A DNA stretch of 64,000 nt from an uncultured Cytophagales bacterium (GCA_945957555.1 CAMFLX010000007.1:20784-84783), one strand, 5' to 3'; shown: positions 27,863 to 38,139, counted from the first letter of the stretch. Numbers and translations: made by a program. Notes: generated by a model not told the origin, from the letters alone.

Positions 27863-29594
27863 GGTTTTATTCCTGTGCATTTGTTCATTACTGGGGTTTG
27901 GGAAACCAAAAGTTGTGACGACTACCACCATATTATACGATATCACAAAGAACTTGGCTGGAGATAAACTGGAGGTACAATGTCTCATGCCAGTTGGGGG
28001 AGATCCTCATATTTATGAGCCGACACCTGCTGATGCGCAAAAAATAGCCGATGCACAGTTGATTATTAAAAATGGCTTGCATTTAGAAGGTTGGTTGAAC
28101 AAACTGATTGCTTCTGCGAACCCTAATACAGCGACCATTGAAGCTGCGGAAGGAATAGAACCGATTAAAAGTGAATCAATGCATGGCAGCCCCGACCCTC
28201 ATGCTTGGATGGATCCAAATTTGGTTAAAAAATATGTTTATAATATCACAAAAGCTCTTATTCAGTTAGATTACGAAAATAGAGCTTTATATGAGCAAAA
28301 CTCAAAAACATATACTCAAGCTTTAGAGCTTCTTGATGAATACATTAAAGCGCAAATTTCAAAGATACCTGCAAAGCAGAGGGTCCTAGTTACTACACAT
28401 GATGCTTTTAAGTATTTTGGTAGAACATATGGGATTCAGGTAGAATCGGCTATGGGGACCTCTACAGATGCAGAAGTACAAATTGGTGATTTGAATAGAC
28501 TTATTGCTACGATTAGAGACAGAAAGATTCCTGCAGTATTTGTAGAATCCACGATTAATCCAAAACTTCTTACGCAGATTGCAAGGGATAATGGAATATT
28601 AATAGGGGGCAGCCTTTTTGCAGATTCAATAGGTGATGAAGCTTCTCCAGCAGGAACCTATTTGCAGATGATAAGATATAATGTTGACACTATTACCAAC
28701 GCTCTTACAGCTCCAATACGTGCAAGCAAAGGCGGTTTAGGAGATGATTTCTGGGTTTTAATTATTTCAGTATCGGTATTGTTGTTTTTAAGCTTTATTT
28801 ATGTATTGCTTAATATCAAAAATAATACTCATGCCGAATTGGATTGGAGGTCGTTTAGTATAGAAGTAAGTGATGTATCAACTTCTTATGATAGAAAAAC
28901 GGTACTTTCTAATATTAATTTAGTTTTGACTAATGGCAAACTATATGGGCTTTTAGGGCCAAATGGAGCTGGAAAGTCTACTCTTTTCAAGTCGATTCTA
29001 GGACTCATCAAGTTGGATCGGGGTACTATTACCGTTAATGGTAAAGATATTCAGTACCTCAAAGATAAGATTGCATATATCCCTCAAAAAGAGGATATAG
29101 ACTGGTCATTTCCTGCTACAGTAATTGATATTGTATTGATGGGTCGGTTGCCGTATTTGGGGAAGTTAAGTAATTATTCGATAGCTGATTTCAAGATAGC
29201 AGAAGAAGCTTTAGAAAAAGTGGGTATGTTGGAATATAGGAACAGACAAATTAAAGACTTGTCTGGTGGGCAACAACAACGTGTATTTATTGCACGTGCT
29301 TTATGTGAGGATGCCAAAATATTAATGTTTGATGAGCCCTTTGTTGGCGTGGATGTACTTACGGAAGAAAGTATCATTAGCTTGATTAGGGAATTGGTAA
29401 AGAATAATAAGACCGTAATAATTATTCATCATGACTTATCAAAGGTTGAAGATTATTTTGACGAAGTGATCATGATCAATCAAAGATTAGTGGCTTTTGG
29501 AGATACTAAAACAGTTTTCAATAAAAAGAATATAGCAGATACATTTGGCGGAAGGCTAACCATACTGCAAGAAAGAGATGAGCATGTGCTTTAA
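27852..29594 (+). CDS. Fusion protein: Zn/Mn-type (ZnuA/TroA-family) metal ABC substrate-binding domain + TM helix + ABC ATPase domain
   Basis: The N-terminal half carries SBP motifs (GGDPHIYEPTP, PDPHAWMDP, TTHDAFKYFG). A helix (FWVLIISVSVLLFLSFIYVLL) follows, then Walker A (GPNGAGKST), the signature (LSGGQQQRV) and Walker B (ILMFDEP). It overlaps the repressor gene by 11 nt. Confidence 0.8.
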   Translation: MRNKVLFLCICSLLGFGKPKVVTTTTILYDITKNLAGDKLEVQCLMPVGGDPHIYEPTPADAQKIADAQLIIKNGLHLEGWLNKLIASANPNTATIEAAEGIEPIKSESMHGSPDPHAWMDPNLVKKYVYNITKALIQLDYENRALYEQNSKTYTQALELLDEYIKAQISKIPAKQRVLVTTHDAFKYFGRTYGIQVESAMGTSTDAEVQIGDLNRLIATIRDRKIPAVFVESTINPKLLTQIARDNGILIGGSLFADSIGDEASPAGTYLQMIRYNVDTITNALTAPIRASKGGLGDDFWVLIISVSVLLFLSFIYVLLNIKNNTHAELDWRSFSIEVSDVSTSYDRKTVLSNINLVLTNGKLYGLLGPNGAGKSTLFKSILGLIKLDRGTITVNGKDIQYLKDKIAYIPQKEDIDWSFPATVIDIVLMGRLPYLGKLSNYSIADFKIAEEALEKVGMLEYRNRQIKDLSGGQQQRVFIARALCEDAKILMFDEPFVGVDVLTEESIISLIRELVKNNKTVIIIHHDLSKVEDYFDEVIMINQRLVAFGDTKTVFNKKNIADTFGGRLTILQERDEHVL

Positions 29595-29597
29595 GGT

Positions 29598-30386
29598 TTA
29601 ATAAACAACAACTGCGCTGATAATGATGATCATCGATAGGTAAAAATTTGCAGTTCCAAATTGCAAGATATCCTGTTCTTTTTGAGCCCTTATGGTAAGA
29701 ATTGCAAAGGCAAGGACTACAATTGTAAATAAGTTGAAATATTTGAAAAAGTTACCAGGTAAGTCAAAAGTGGTATTTACTTCATTTATTACTTTTTCAA
29801 GAGACCTATCAAACCTGAAAATGGTAGACTGATTATAAATGAACTCATCACCTTCTTTAAACTTTACATAATCGTCCTGGTCAATAATAATGGTTCTATT
29901 GTTCGTTCTGAAGATGTACTCCATGGTGTTTCCGTCCCCAAATTTTTTCTCCTTCAGTATTTCTTTGTACTTCACCCCTGGAATTATGAAGTCAATGAGC
30001 AATAAAGACATTAATACAACCGATAAGTACGCGGTGTACTTATACAACTTAACAATATAAGGTGTAATGATGTCTTTAGTTTTCCTAGTAGCCCTGTAAA
30101 CCCTAGCCGTACGGTTCGCATTTCTTCTAATGTCAAAATTTTCCGAAAAAGTATGGGCCTCCACAAAGAAGTCTCCTTGGCTATTCACTAAATTATCATA
30201 CTGGCTTTTCAGGTTTTGGTCGCTAAGTATTTCATATGCCTCATTGATCTCTGAAAAGAATTCGTGAGCATTTGGATTATTGGAGCGATCAGGGTGATAG
30301 ACCATAGCCAGCCTCCTATATGACCTTTTGATTTCATCAGAAGAGGCAGTGGAGGGTAGTCGAAGTATTTTGTAATAATCTTTCAT
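29598..30386 (-). CDS. J-domain (DnaJ-like) membrane protein
   Basis: The N-terminus DYYKILRLPSTASSDEIKRSYRRLAMVYHPDR includes the HPD motif. Hydrophobic helices lie in the middle and at the C-terminus. Confidence 0.75.
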   Translation of the reverse strand: MKDYYKILRLPSTASSDEIKRSYRRLAMVYHPDRSNNPNAHEFFSEINEAYEILSDQNLKSQYDNLVNSQGDFFVEAHTFSENFDIRRNANRTARVYRATRKTKDIITPYIVKLYKYTAYLSVVLMSLLLIDFIIPGVKYKEILKEKKFGDGNTMEYIFRTNNRTIIIDQDDYVKFKEGDEFIYNQSTIFRFDRSLEKVINEVNTTFDLPGNFFKYFNLFTIVVLAFAILTIRAQKEQDILQFGTANFYLSMIIIISAVVVY

Positions 30387-30466
30387 CAGGGCAAAAACCT
30401 ATCAGGGCAAAAATCGTTCTAATTAGGAACAAATATATGTAATAAACTTTTTAATGTAAATATATT

Positions 30467-31564
30467 ATGAATATAGGAATTCCAAAAGAAGTCAAATCTT
30501 ACGAATATAGGGTTGGAATGATCCCATCAGGTATTGAATATATTCTTTCGAAAAAGAAAGAGGTCCGCTTTTTTGTAGAAAGAGGGGCTGGGCTTGGTTC
30601 TGGGTTTTCTGATGATTCGTACAGAAATGCAGGGGCCACAATTGTGGATAGTGCCGAGCAGTTGTTCAAAGAGGCTGATTTAATCGTAAAAGTGAAAGAG
30701 CCGCTTTCTTCAGAGTATGGTTTTATTACACCTAAACATACTTTATTTACTTATTTTCATTTCTCGTCATCCATGGAATTGACCCAGGCGATGATAAATA
30801 GTAAGGCCACTTGTATCGCTTACGAAACTGTAAAGAAAATAGATGGGAGCTTACCTTTGCTCACACCAATGTCTGAGGTTGCTGGACGTTTATCGATCCA
30901 GCAGGGTGCCAAATACTTGGAAAAGGCATTTGGAGGAAAAGGGAAATTGTTAGGCGGTATTCCAGGTATTTTACCTGCAAAGGTAATGATTATCGGTGGT
31001 GGGGTCGTGGGCACACAAGCTGCTAAAATGGCTGCTGGCCTAGGAGCAAGAGTGTATCTTTTTGAAATAAATCCACAACGAGTTAGATATTTAAATGATA
31101 TATTTCCTCCTAACATAGTGGTTTTGTACGCAAATCAAGCCGAAATTACAAAACATTTAAAGGATACTGATTTGGTAATAGGAGCAGTGTTAATCCCAGG
31201 AGCTAAGGCCCCAAAAGTTATTAATCGGGAAATGTTGAAATTATTAGAAAAAGGTTCTGTGCTTGTGGATGTTGCCATAGATCAAGGAGGTTGTTTTGAG
31301 ACGAGTAGACCTACTACCCACCTAGATCCTGTATATGAAGTTGATGGCGTTTTACATTATTGTGTACCTAATATGCCAGGGGCGGTGCCACAGACGTCTA
31401 CATTGGGATTAACATATAATACGCTTCCTTATATTGAAAAAATCGTCACTCAGGGAGTGGATAACGCTCTTTTAATTGATAAAGAATTAAACTCAGGTCT
31501 GAGTATTCAAAATGGCAGTATTTTGGATGCACAAGTAGCTTTATTTTACAGAAATAACACTTAA
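30467..31564 (+). CDS. ald: Alanine dehydrogenase
   Basis: 365 aa. It shows MNIGIPKEVK..E.RVG..P, the NAD fold VMIIGGGVVGT.AA..A.GLGA.V, and VDVAIDQGGC.ETS.PTTH..P. Confidence 0.85.
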   Translation: MNIGIPKEVKSYEYRVGMIPSGIEYILSKKKEVRFFVERGAGLGSGFSDDSYRNAGATIVDSAEQLFKEADLIVKVKEPLSSEYGFITPKHTLFTYFHFSSSMELTQAMINSKATCIAYETVKKIDGSLPLLTPMSEVAGRLSIQQGAKYLEKAFGGKGKLLGGIPGILPAKVMIIGGGVVGTQAAKMAAGLGARVYLFEINPQRVRYLNDIFPPNIVVLYANQAEITKHLKDTDLVIGAVLIPGAKAPKVINREMLKLLEKGSVLVDVAIDQGGCFETSRPTTHLDPVYEVDGVLHYCVPNMPGAVPQTSTLGLTYNTLPYIEKIVTQGVDNALLIDKELNSGLSIQNGSILDAQVALFYRNNT

Positions 31565-31714
31565 CCAAGGTAATCGAGCGATAGGATTAAAATGTTATTT
31601 TTTTGTGATAATGCTAGTATTTGTGTAATTTTGAAATAAACAGACTATAGTATTTATTACACTAAGAATCATAACGTTATTTACCTATCTTTCCTGCTTT
31701 TTTTATGGGGCATA

Positions 31715-32365
31715 GTGATAGCTCAACCCAAGCAGGATCATAATTTATTAACGCCCGTTTCTATTAAATTTGTTAAAAAGCCACTGGCTCCCTTTGAGCA
31801 AAGAGTAACTTTTGGTCTCAAGACCTTTACGGGTCTCAACGCCTTTGGCGCTTTAGATGGAAGCTTATTGGATCTTAAGCCTCAGTTTGGAGCAGGTTTA
31901 ATTGCTAATTTCAAAACAACCCATCACGTGTCTCTTCGTCACGAATTGATTTTTGGTTACAATCGATTTATGGCTGAAAACGTGAACTATTCGATTTCTT
32001 ATCCATGGTTATTGAACTGTCATTTCAAGCATCATGCATTTGTAAACATGGGCCTACAACCATCTCTCGTGTTTTTTGAAAATCAAAACACAAAATCTCT
32101 TTATGGAGAGGAAGGACGGGTTTACAGTGCCTTTGAAGTGTCAGGGCTCGTTGGTGTGGAATATCCACTGGATGAAAATCTTGATTTTGGGGTAAGGTTG
32201 GTTAAGAGCTTTAATTTTATATTAAAAACTGATTTGCCAGATTACCAAGGACTTTCATTTAGTTTTACTTTTTATTGGAATCGTTTTACAGGTAATGAAA
32301 GGAAACTGATGAACTTTAAAATCAAAAAACGACAGAAGCCAAATGCTTATGATAATTTCAATTAG
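31715..32365 (+). CDS. Outer-membrane beta-barrel (porin-family/OMP_b-brl-like) protein; start uncertain
   Basis: It has an alternating beta-strand pattern and a terminal aromatic-rich strand. A signal-like hydrophobic stretch (NVIYLSFLLFLWGIVIAQ) is encoded in frame upstream of the called GTG, with no ATG, GTG or TTG available. Confidence 0.5.
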   Translation: MIAQPKQDHNLLTPVSIKFVKKPLAPFEQRVTFGLKTFTGLNAFGALDGSLLDLKPQFGAGLIANFKTTHHVSLRHELIFGYNRFMAENVNYSISYPWLLNCHFKHHAFVNMGLQPSLVFFENQNTKSLYGEEGRVYSAFEVSGLVGVEYPLDENLDFGVRLVKSFNFILKTDLPDYQGLSFSFTFYWNRFTGNERKLMNFKIKKRQKPNAYDNFN

Positions 32366-32401
32366 ATATTGTTGAAAAAATATAACAAATGCATCATGTA
32401 T

Positions 32402-32725
32402 CTATATGAATACTTTAGAGTGCGAAAAGAGGTACCCTGTTTCCTCAATTTCACTAACAGGTTTGTATTCGCAGATTTGAGCAAATTTTTCCCATAAGGT
32501 CTGAATTACAGGATTAAAGTGAGCTTGCTCTATAGCTTCTTTAGATTTCCATTCGAAGATTTCAATAATAGACCCATCTTTAGAAAGCATTAATACCTGC
32601 GGGCGATCTGTGGCAAAGCCTTGGTCTCGTAAGATGGAAACATGCCCTTTAAGTAAATCTATTAAGGTTTCTTGTTTGCCCTGGATAGCTTTGTAAGCCA
32701 CAATTACGATTCGTTCTTGCTTCAT
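32402..32725 (-). CDS. ABM (antibiotic-biosynthesis-monooxygenase-like) small ferredoxin-fold protein
   Basis: 107 aa. The pattern IVIVAYKA..GK.E.L..LL..H...........D.......DG.I.EIFEW.S.EA...H is typical of ABM-domain proteins. Confidence 0.5.
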   Translation of the reverse strand: MKQERIVIVAYKAIQGKQETLIDLLKGHVSILRDQGFATDRPQVLMLSKDGSIIEIFEWKSKEAIEQAHFNPVIQTLWEKFAQICEYKPVSEIEETGYLFSHSKVFI

Positions 32726-32973
32726 ATTTCAATGTTACCGTTTAATTGACACGCCCAACCACCTTTGTCTTCATGAGATCAGATTAACAGAATAATCAAA
32801 TATACCAATCTGTAGTAAAAAATTATTCAAACCCGTTCGTATGAGTTCTTCTAGATATCAAAGTTTGGCTTTCTACGCATTATTGATAAATTTTAATATC
32901 TTTGGATTTGGTTTGGTTTTGAGATTGATTGAGCATTCGTCTTATGTTTCAAAATCAAAAACAGAATAAGATT

Positions 32974-34845
32974 ATGGCTGAAATCGGACAAGTAAAATAC
33001 GACGAGGATAGTATTAAATCCCTAGATTGGAAAGAGCATATTCGTTTACGCCCTGGTATGTATATCGGCAAGCTTGGTGACGGTAATGCTGCAGATGATG
33101 GAATTTATATACTTGTAAAAGAGGTTCTAGATAACTCTATAGATGAGCACATGATGGGATATGGTAAAGCAATAGAAGTTACAGTCTCTGATCGTAAAGT
33201 GGAGGTTAGAGACTTTGGACGAGGAATACCTCTGGGGAAGTTGATAGATTGTGTGTCAAAAATTAATACTGGGGGAAAGTACGATAGCGGTGCATTTCAA
33301 AAATCAGTGGGATTGAACGGTGTGGGTACTAAAGCCGTAAATGCTCTTTCCTCATATTTTAGAGTGCAATCTGTGAGAGATGGACGAACAAAGATTGCTG
33401 AATTCGAAAGGGGAGTAATTGTAAAGGATCATCCAGAGACCACTTCTAACCTGAAAAATGGTACTCATACTATTTTTGTCCCCGATGAAACAATTTTCAA
33501 GAACTATCATTTTATACCAGAATATCTTGATGACTTGATTTGGAATTACGCATATTTGAATTCGGGGCTTGTAATTAATCTAAATTCAAAGAAGTATTAT
33601 TCAGAAAGAGGCTTATTTGATTTACTGACAAACAAAACGAATTCTGAAGAAAACAGATATCCGATCATACACCTAAAGGGTAAGGATATGGAAATAAGTA
33701 TTACACACTCCAATCAATACGGAGAAGAGTACTATTCATTTGTCAACGGTCAATATACTACTCAGGGGGGCACACATTTGCAAGCTTTTAAAGAGGCTTA
33801 TGTTAAGACCATTAGGGAGTTCTACAAGAAAGATTTTGATGTAAACGATATCAGGCAATCAATTGTAGCAGCAGTAGCCATAAGAGTCCAAGAGCCAGTT
33901 TTTGAGAGTCAGACCAAAACGAAGTTAGGGTCTCAAAATATGTGGCCCGATGGTCCCACCTTAAGGACTTTTATTAACGATTTTGTCAAAAAAGAACTTG
34001 ACGATTATTTGCATAAGCACCCAGATGCGGCAGACGCACTATTGAAGAGAATTCAACAATCAGAGCGAGAGAGAAAGGATATAGCCGGTATCAAGAAATT
34101 AGCCAATGAGAGGGCAAAAAAGGCTAATTTACACAATAAGAAATTGCGTGATTGCAGATTCCATCTCAATGAAGGCAAAGATGAGTCTCGATTTAACTCT
34201 ATGTTATTTATTACAGAAGGTGATTCTGCAAGTGGTAGCATTACAAAAGCACGCCAAGTTGAAACACAAGCTGTATTTAGCTTAAAGGGTAAGCCTTTTA
34301 ATTGTTTTGGTAAGACTAAAAAGATTGTTTACGAAAATGAGGAATTCAACTTATTACAACATGCTTTGAATATTGAGGATGGGGTAGAAAACCTTCGGTA
34401 TAATAAAATTGTAATAGCAACAGATGCCGATGTTGATGGAATGCACATCAGGTTGTTGATGATGACTTATTTCTTACAGTTTTTCCCCGATGTGGTTAGA
34501 AATGGACACCTTTATATATTGGAAACGCCATTGTTTCGTGTTAGGAATAAGAAGGAGACGATCTATTGTTATTCTGAAGAAGAAAAGCTTAAAGCTATTA
34601 ACAAGTTAGGTTCTAAACCTGAAATTACAAGATTTAAAGGTTTGGGCGAGATTTCGCCTGATGAATTTGGTGGCTTTATAGGTGAAAATATTAGGCTAGA
34701 GCCAATTATTCTCCAAAAGGAAACTGTTATTAAGCAACTTTTGCAATATTATATGGGAGAAAATACTATGGAACGTCAACTGTTTATTATTGATAATCTG
34801 AAGGTTGAGAAAGATATTGTAGAAGAAGAGATACTTGAAAATTAA
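32974..34845 (+). CDS. parE: DNA topoisomerase IV subunit B
   Basis: [29 protein letters not shown]...[18 protein letters not shown] is present, together with the TOPRIM motifs (EGDSASG; DADVDGMHI). The length and N-terminus fit Bacteroidota ParE rather than GyrB. I take the ATG at 32974. Confidence 0.85.
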   Translation: MAEIGQVKYDEDSIKSLDWKEHIRLRPGMYIGKLGDGNAADDGIYILVKEVLDNSIDEHMMGYGKAIEVTVSDRKVEVRDFGRGIPLGKLIDCVSKINTGGKYDSGAFQKSVGLNGVGTKAVNALSSYFRVQSVRDGRTKIAEFERGVIVKDHPETTSNLKNGTHTIFVPDETIFKNYHFIPEYLDDLIWNYAYLNSGLVINLNSKKYYSERGLFDLLTNKTNSEENRYPIIHLKGKDMEISITHSNQYGEEYYSFVNGQYTTQGGTHLQAFKEAYVKTIREFYKKDFDVNDIRQSIVAAVAIRVQEPVFESQTKTKLGSQNMWPDGPTLRTFINDFVKKELDDYLHKHPDAADALLKRIQQSERERKDIAGIKKLANERAKKANLHNKKLRDCRFHLNEGKDESRFNSMLFITEGDSASGSITKARQVETQAVFSLKGKPFNCFGKTKKIVYENEEFNLLQHALNIEDGVENLRYNKIVIATDADVDGMHIRLLMMTYFLQFFPDVVRNGHLYILETPLFRVRNKKETIYCYSEEEKLKAINKLGSKPEITRFKGLGEISPDEFGGFIGENIRLEPIILQKETVIKQLLQYYMGENTMERQLFIIDNLKVEKDIVEEEILEN

Positions 34846-35378
34846 TGTTAGGTAATAGAAGGATTTTAAAGGTTGGGCTTATTTTTGGAACGGTCGCACT
34901 TCTTGGTAGCGTTTTGAATTTCTTTACTGCATTGTACACAGGAAGTATTCCTTTTGTAAATGGCCACCTTGTCGATATTGTGATCGTAATATTAGCTATC
35001 GTTGGGGCTATATATTTCTATAAGAATTTTTTAAATTTTGGCTTTTTGCATCTTTGGCAAGGAGTTGTTTTGGGTTTTTGGACCTTATTGGTCGCTGTTA
35101 ATTTAATTTCGTTGTTTCACTATGTTTATCTGGAATTTATAAATCCAGATCTTCTTTCTGAATATAAAGCATTTATGATAAATGATTTTAATCTTAAAAA
35201 AGATGCTATTATTAAAGAAGGCTCATTAGGAGAAGCACAAGAGAAACTTAAGGGGTTTATTCAGGCAAAGTCAGTAGATGTGGTTATTCACCAGATTGTC
35301 TTAAAGTTTTTACCGTTTCCAATCACAATATTTTCAGTGTTTTTTGCGTCTTTAGCTTTAAGAAAAATTGAAAAATAG
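34845..35378 (+). CDS. Multi-pass membrane protein (DUF4199-like)
   Basis: 177 aa with four hydrophobic helices. It is one of a tandem pair upstream of a GT2 gene, an arrangement I recall as common in Bacteroidota. The family call is tentative. Confidence 0.5.
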   Translation: MLGNRRILKVGLIFGTVALLGSVLNFFTALYTGSIPFVNGHLVDIVIVILAIVGAIYFYKNFLNFGFLHLWQGVVLGFWTLLVAVNLISLFHYVYLEFINPDLLSEYKAFMINDFNLKKDAIIKEGSLGEAQEKLKGFIQAKSVDVVIHQIVLKFLPFPITIFSVFFASLALRKIEK

Positions 35379-35874
35379 TTTAATTCAAAAATATAGTCTC
35401 GTAGGTTCTGTTGGTGTAGGATCAATGGTGTTTTTAAGTGCTTATACCTCTATGAACTATGGGGCAGGATATAGCGACTATACTATCTTTATCCTCATTG
35501 CCTCATTTATATTACTATTGTTAGAAACGAGGTCGGGAGTAGAGCAGCTATCATTCGGGGAAGCTTTCAAGCAGACCTTTTTGTTAGGGATTATCATGAT
35601 GATTCCTGCTACATTCATGTTTTACTTCGTTATCAAATATTACAATAGATATATTTTAGAAATGTTTCAGACAGGGGCTTTAGACGTTATTAAATATTTG
35701 GGAGCTCCAAAGGACATGATGGAGCTTCAGACTCAGAAAATAAAGAGCAATGGTCCTCTCTTATTTACTATTACATTTTTAGTGGAATTTGTTATGAAAA
35801 CTCTATTTTGGAGCTTTATCATTTCGACATTTTTAAAAAAGGAAAAAATTGAACACCACGATGAACAATATTGA
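35368..35874 (+). CDS. Multi-pass membrane protein (DUF4199-like paralog)
   Basis: 168 aa with the same size and topology as the preceding ORF. It has a TTG start that overlaps the upstream gene by 11 nt. Confidence 0.5.
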   Translation: MKNSLIQKYSLVGSVGVGSMVFLSAYTSMNYGAGYSDYTIFILIASFILLLLETRSGVEQLSFGEAFKQTFLLGIIMMIPATFMFYFVIKYYNRYILEMFQTGALDVIKYLGAPKDMMELQTQKIKSNGPLLFTITFLVEFVMKTLFWSFIISTFLKKEKIEHHDEQY

Positions 35875-36832
35875 CATAAGTGTCGTGATTCCATTGTACA
35901 ATGAAGAGGAGTCTTTACCTGAGCTGATAGAATGGATACGCAAGGTAATGCATCGGAATGAATATCGATATGAGATTATTTTGGTGGATGATGGAAGTAC
36001 TGATGACTCTTGGGATGTAATAACAAGGATATCGGAAGGGAACTCTGATATTGTTGCATTGCAGTTTAACAGGAATTATGGCAAAGCGGCTGGTTTACAC
36101 GTTGGGTTTAATGAATCTAAAGGCAAGGTTGTCATCACAATGGATGCTGATTTGCAAGATAGCCCAGATGAAATCCCTGAACTTTACAAAATGATCACGG
36201 AAGAGAAATATGATCTTGTAAGTGGTTGGAAAAAAAAGAGGTATGATAATGCCTTTACAAAGAATCTGCCTTCTAAAATATACAATACAGCTACCAGTTG
36301 GATGTCAGGTGTGAAACTGCACGACATGAACTGCGGCCTTAAGGCTTATAGAAGCAAAGTTGTGAAATCTGTAGAGTTATATGGTGAAATGCACCGTTAT
36401 ATCCCCGTTATAGCAAAATGGCATGGTTTTAGAAAGATCGGAGAAAAGGTAGTAGAACATCGGCCAAGAAAATATGGTGTTAGTAAATTTGGCATAGAGC
36501 GCTTTCTTTACGGTTTTTTGGATTTGTTGTCCATTACCTTTGTGACAAAGTTTAAAAAACGTCCAATGCATTTTTTTGGAGCTTGGGGGATGATGATGTT
36601 TTTATTTGGGTTTACAATTACAGCCTGGCTCACAGGACAGAAGTTTTTTTTGTCAAAGATGGGGATTATGCCACATCGGGATGTCGTGGATCAACCTTTA
36701 TTTTATCTGGCATTGGTGGCGGTTATCGTTGGTATACAAATGTTTCTAACAGGATATATAGCAGAATTGGTAAATGCTGATTCTAATAAAAAAACTGATT
36801 ACTTAATTTCAAATAAAATAGGTAATGATTAG
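35861..36832 (+). CDS. Family-2 glycosyltransferase, polyprenol-phosphate glycosyltransferase type (GtrB/ArnC/DPM1-like)
   Basis: ISVVIPLYNEEESL; ILVDDGSTDDS; NYGKAAG; MDADLQDSPDEIP are all present. Two C-terminal TM helices follow. Confidence 0.85.
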   Translation: MNNIDISVVIPLYNEEESLPELIEWIRKVMHRNEYRYEIILVDDGSTDDSWDVITRISEGNSDIVALQFNRNYGKAAGLHVGFNESKGKVVITMDADLQDSPDEIPELYKMITEEKYDLVSGWKKKRYDNAFTKNLPSKIYNTATSWMSGVKLHDMNCGLKAYRSKVVKSVELYGEMHRYIPVIAKWHGFRKIGEKVVEHRPRKYGVSKFGIERFLYGFLDLLSITFVTKFKKRPMHFFGAWGMMMFLFGFTITAWLTGQKFFLSKMGIMPHRDVVDQPLFYLALVAVIVGIQMFLTGYIAELVNADSNKKTDYLISNKIGND

Positions 36833-36860
36833 GTATAATCAATTATAAGTGTTTCATACA

Positions 36861-38063
36861 ATGACTAAATATATATTATTATCACTTACCTGCATTTCTG
36901 TGTTGTTTGCATGTAAAAAGACACAGGTTATTAATAAAATAGAAAATGTAGTTGAAATAGGTACTTACGAAGTTTCAGGTTTTGCTAGCAATACAGTTGA
37001 GGAAAGAGCATTTATTCAAAACTACAAAAAAATTACAGATCAAATAGCAAAAGGTGAACCGGGGCCTATTTTGGATTCCGTAAATGGAAATTGCTCACAA
37101 GTTATCAATTATAGTGAACTTAGTGGGCTAGTAGGACTAAAGTTTGGAGATCTTTCAATACCGTCATTAGCTGGTGCAGAATATAGGACATCAGTATTGG
37201 ATGGAAATAATGGGGCTCTTCAAAAGGCTGCCATCGCTAGCAAGAATAGTCATTTCGACCCCAGAAATAGCCAAGTGGAAAACTCAATTGGTGGCCGATA
37301 TAGACAATATTCTGGTTATTTGTTTGATAAATATGGTATGGATGTCCGAGAGATTACAAAGAAAATGTTCTTTTCTATATCATATCAGAAGGTCTTTACT
37401 GAGTTGTTAACAACGGACAAAATAAGTTTAGCTAATTTGGATAAAGCATTAGTTTATTATGGGGCACCAACTTCATTTCCTAACGGGGTAAATAATGGCA
37501 TAATTACTGATCAATATATTGCCCTGTGCGCAGCAAAAAGAGATAATGCATATGGCAGGGGAAAGGGGGGGTATTATAGTATCATTAAAACACAATTTAT
37601 TTCTCTTCAAAAACAACTAAGTTCCAATAGTCAAAACAACGATTTGATTGGAGCCCAAATCGATAGCATTCGTAAGAATTGGGAAAAAGCACTCATGGCT
37701 ACTGTTATTCATAAATTGAGCTCCTGTCAGGGAGGATTTAAAAGTATTGCTTCTAGTGATTCTGTTTTTGCAAAATCTTTACATGATTTAACGGAGGCAG
37801 TCGGTATTGTGAAATCGTTTAAGGGACTAAGTGCACCTAAAATAGTATCCGAAGAGCAATTGGATGAGATATTAGAGTTGTTGTATGCAAGTACCTTCAC
37901 TAATGAAAAAAATCCTTTAAAGCTTTCTATTGCCCCTGAACGTATAGGTGATGCAATTGTGAAGATAAAATCGATATATCATTTTAGCGCGATTCAGGTG
38001 AATAGCTACTTTTTGGAGGATGATGTTATAAATAGGAATATAGGAATGAGGCGGGGAAATTAA
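36861..38063 (+). CDS. Lipoprotein of unknown function
   Basis: It has a signal peptide and lipobox (MTKYILLSLTCISVLFAC). No family was recognised with confidence. Confidence 0.5.
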   Translation: MTKYILLSLTCISVLFACKKTQVINKIENVVEIGTYEVSGFASNTVEERAFIQNYKKITDQIAKGEPGPILDSVNGNCSQVINYSELSGLVGLKFGDLSIPSLAGAEYRTSVLDGNNGALQKAAIASKNSHFDPRNSQVENSIGGRYRQYSGYLFDKYGMDVREITKKMFFSISYQKVFTELLTTDKISLANLDKALVYYGAPTSFPNGVNNGIITDQYIALCAAKRDNAYGRGKGGYYSIIKTQFISLQKQLSSNSQNNDLIGAQIDSIRKNWEKALMATVIHKLSSCQGGFKSIASSDSVFAKSLHDLTEAVGIVKSFKGLSAPKIVSEEQLDEILELLYASTFTNEKNPLKLSIAPERIGDAIVKIKSIYHFSAIQVNSYFLEDDVINRNIGMRRGN

Positions 38064-38080
38064 TGCCTTATGAAAGAAAA

Positions 38081-38101
38081 ACTCCCGATACAATCGGGAG
38101 T
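38081..38101. terminator. Bidirectional hairpin terminator
   Basis: ACTCCCGAT-ACA-ATCGGGAGT is a perfect 9-bp stem between convergent genes. It is preceded by an A-run, which reads as a T-run for the csp strand. Confidence 0.6.
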
Positions 38102-38139
38102 TATAGAATTTAAAAAAGCATTCAAATATCTTATATAAC

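Noticed and set aside
27852-29594. SBP-ATPase fusion as a trivial annotation artefact (two adjacent genes merged)
   Set aside because: The junction is a continuous in-frame linker with a well-formed TM helix, not a short read-through. The resulting topology is coherent. Only resequencing could show otherwise, so it is kept as a finding with that caveat.
32895-32925. Short TTTGG-type tandem iteration upstream of parE (TTTGGATTTGGTTTGGTTTTGAG)
   Set aside because: It is very short and low-complexity, and such sequence is expected by chance in AT-rich intergenic DNA. It has no symmetry or partner site.
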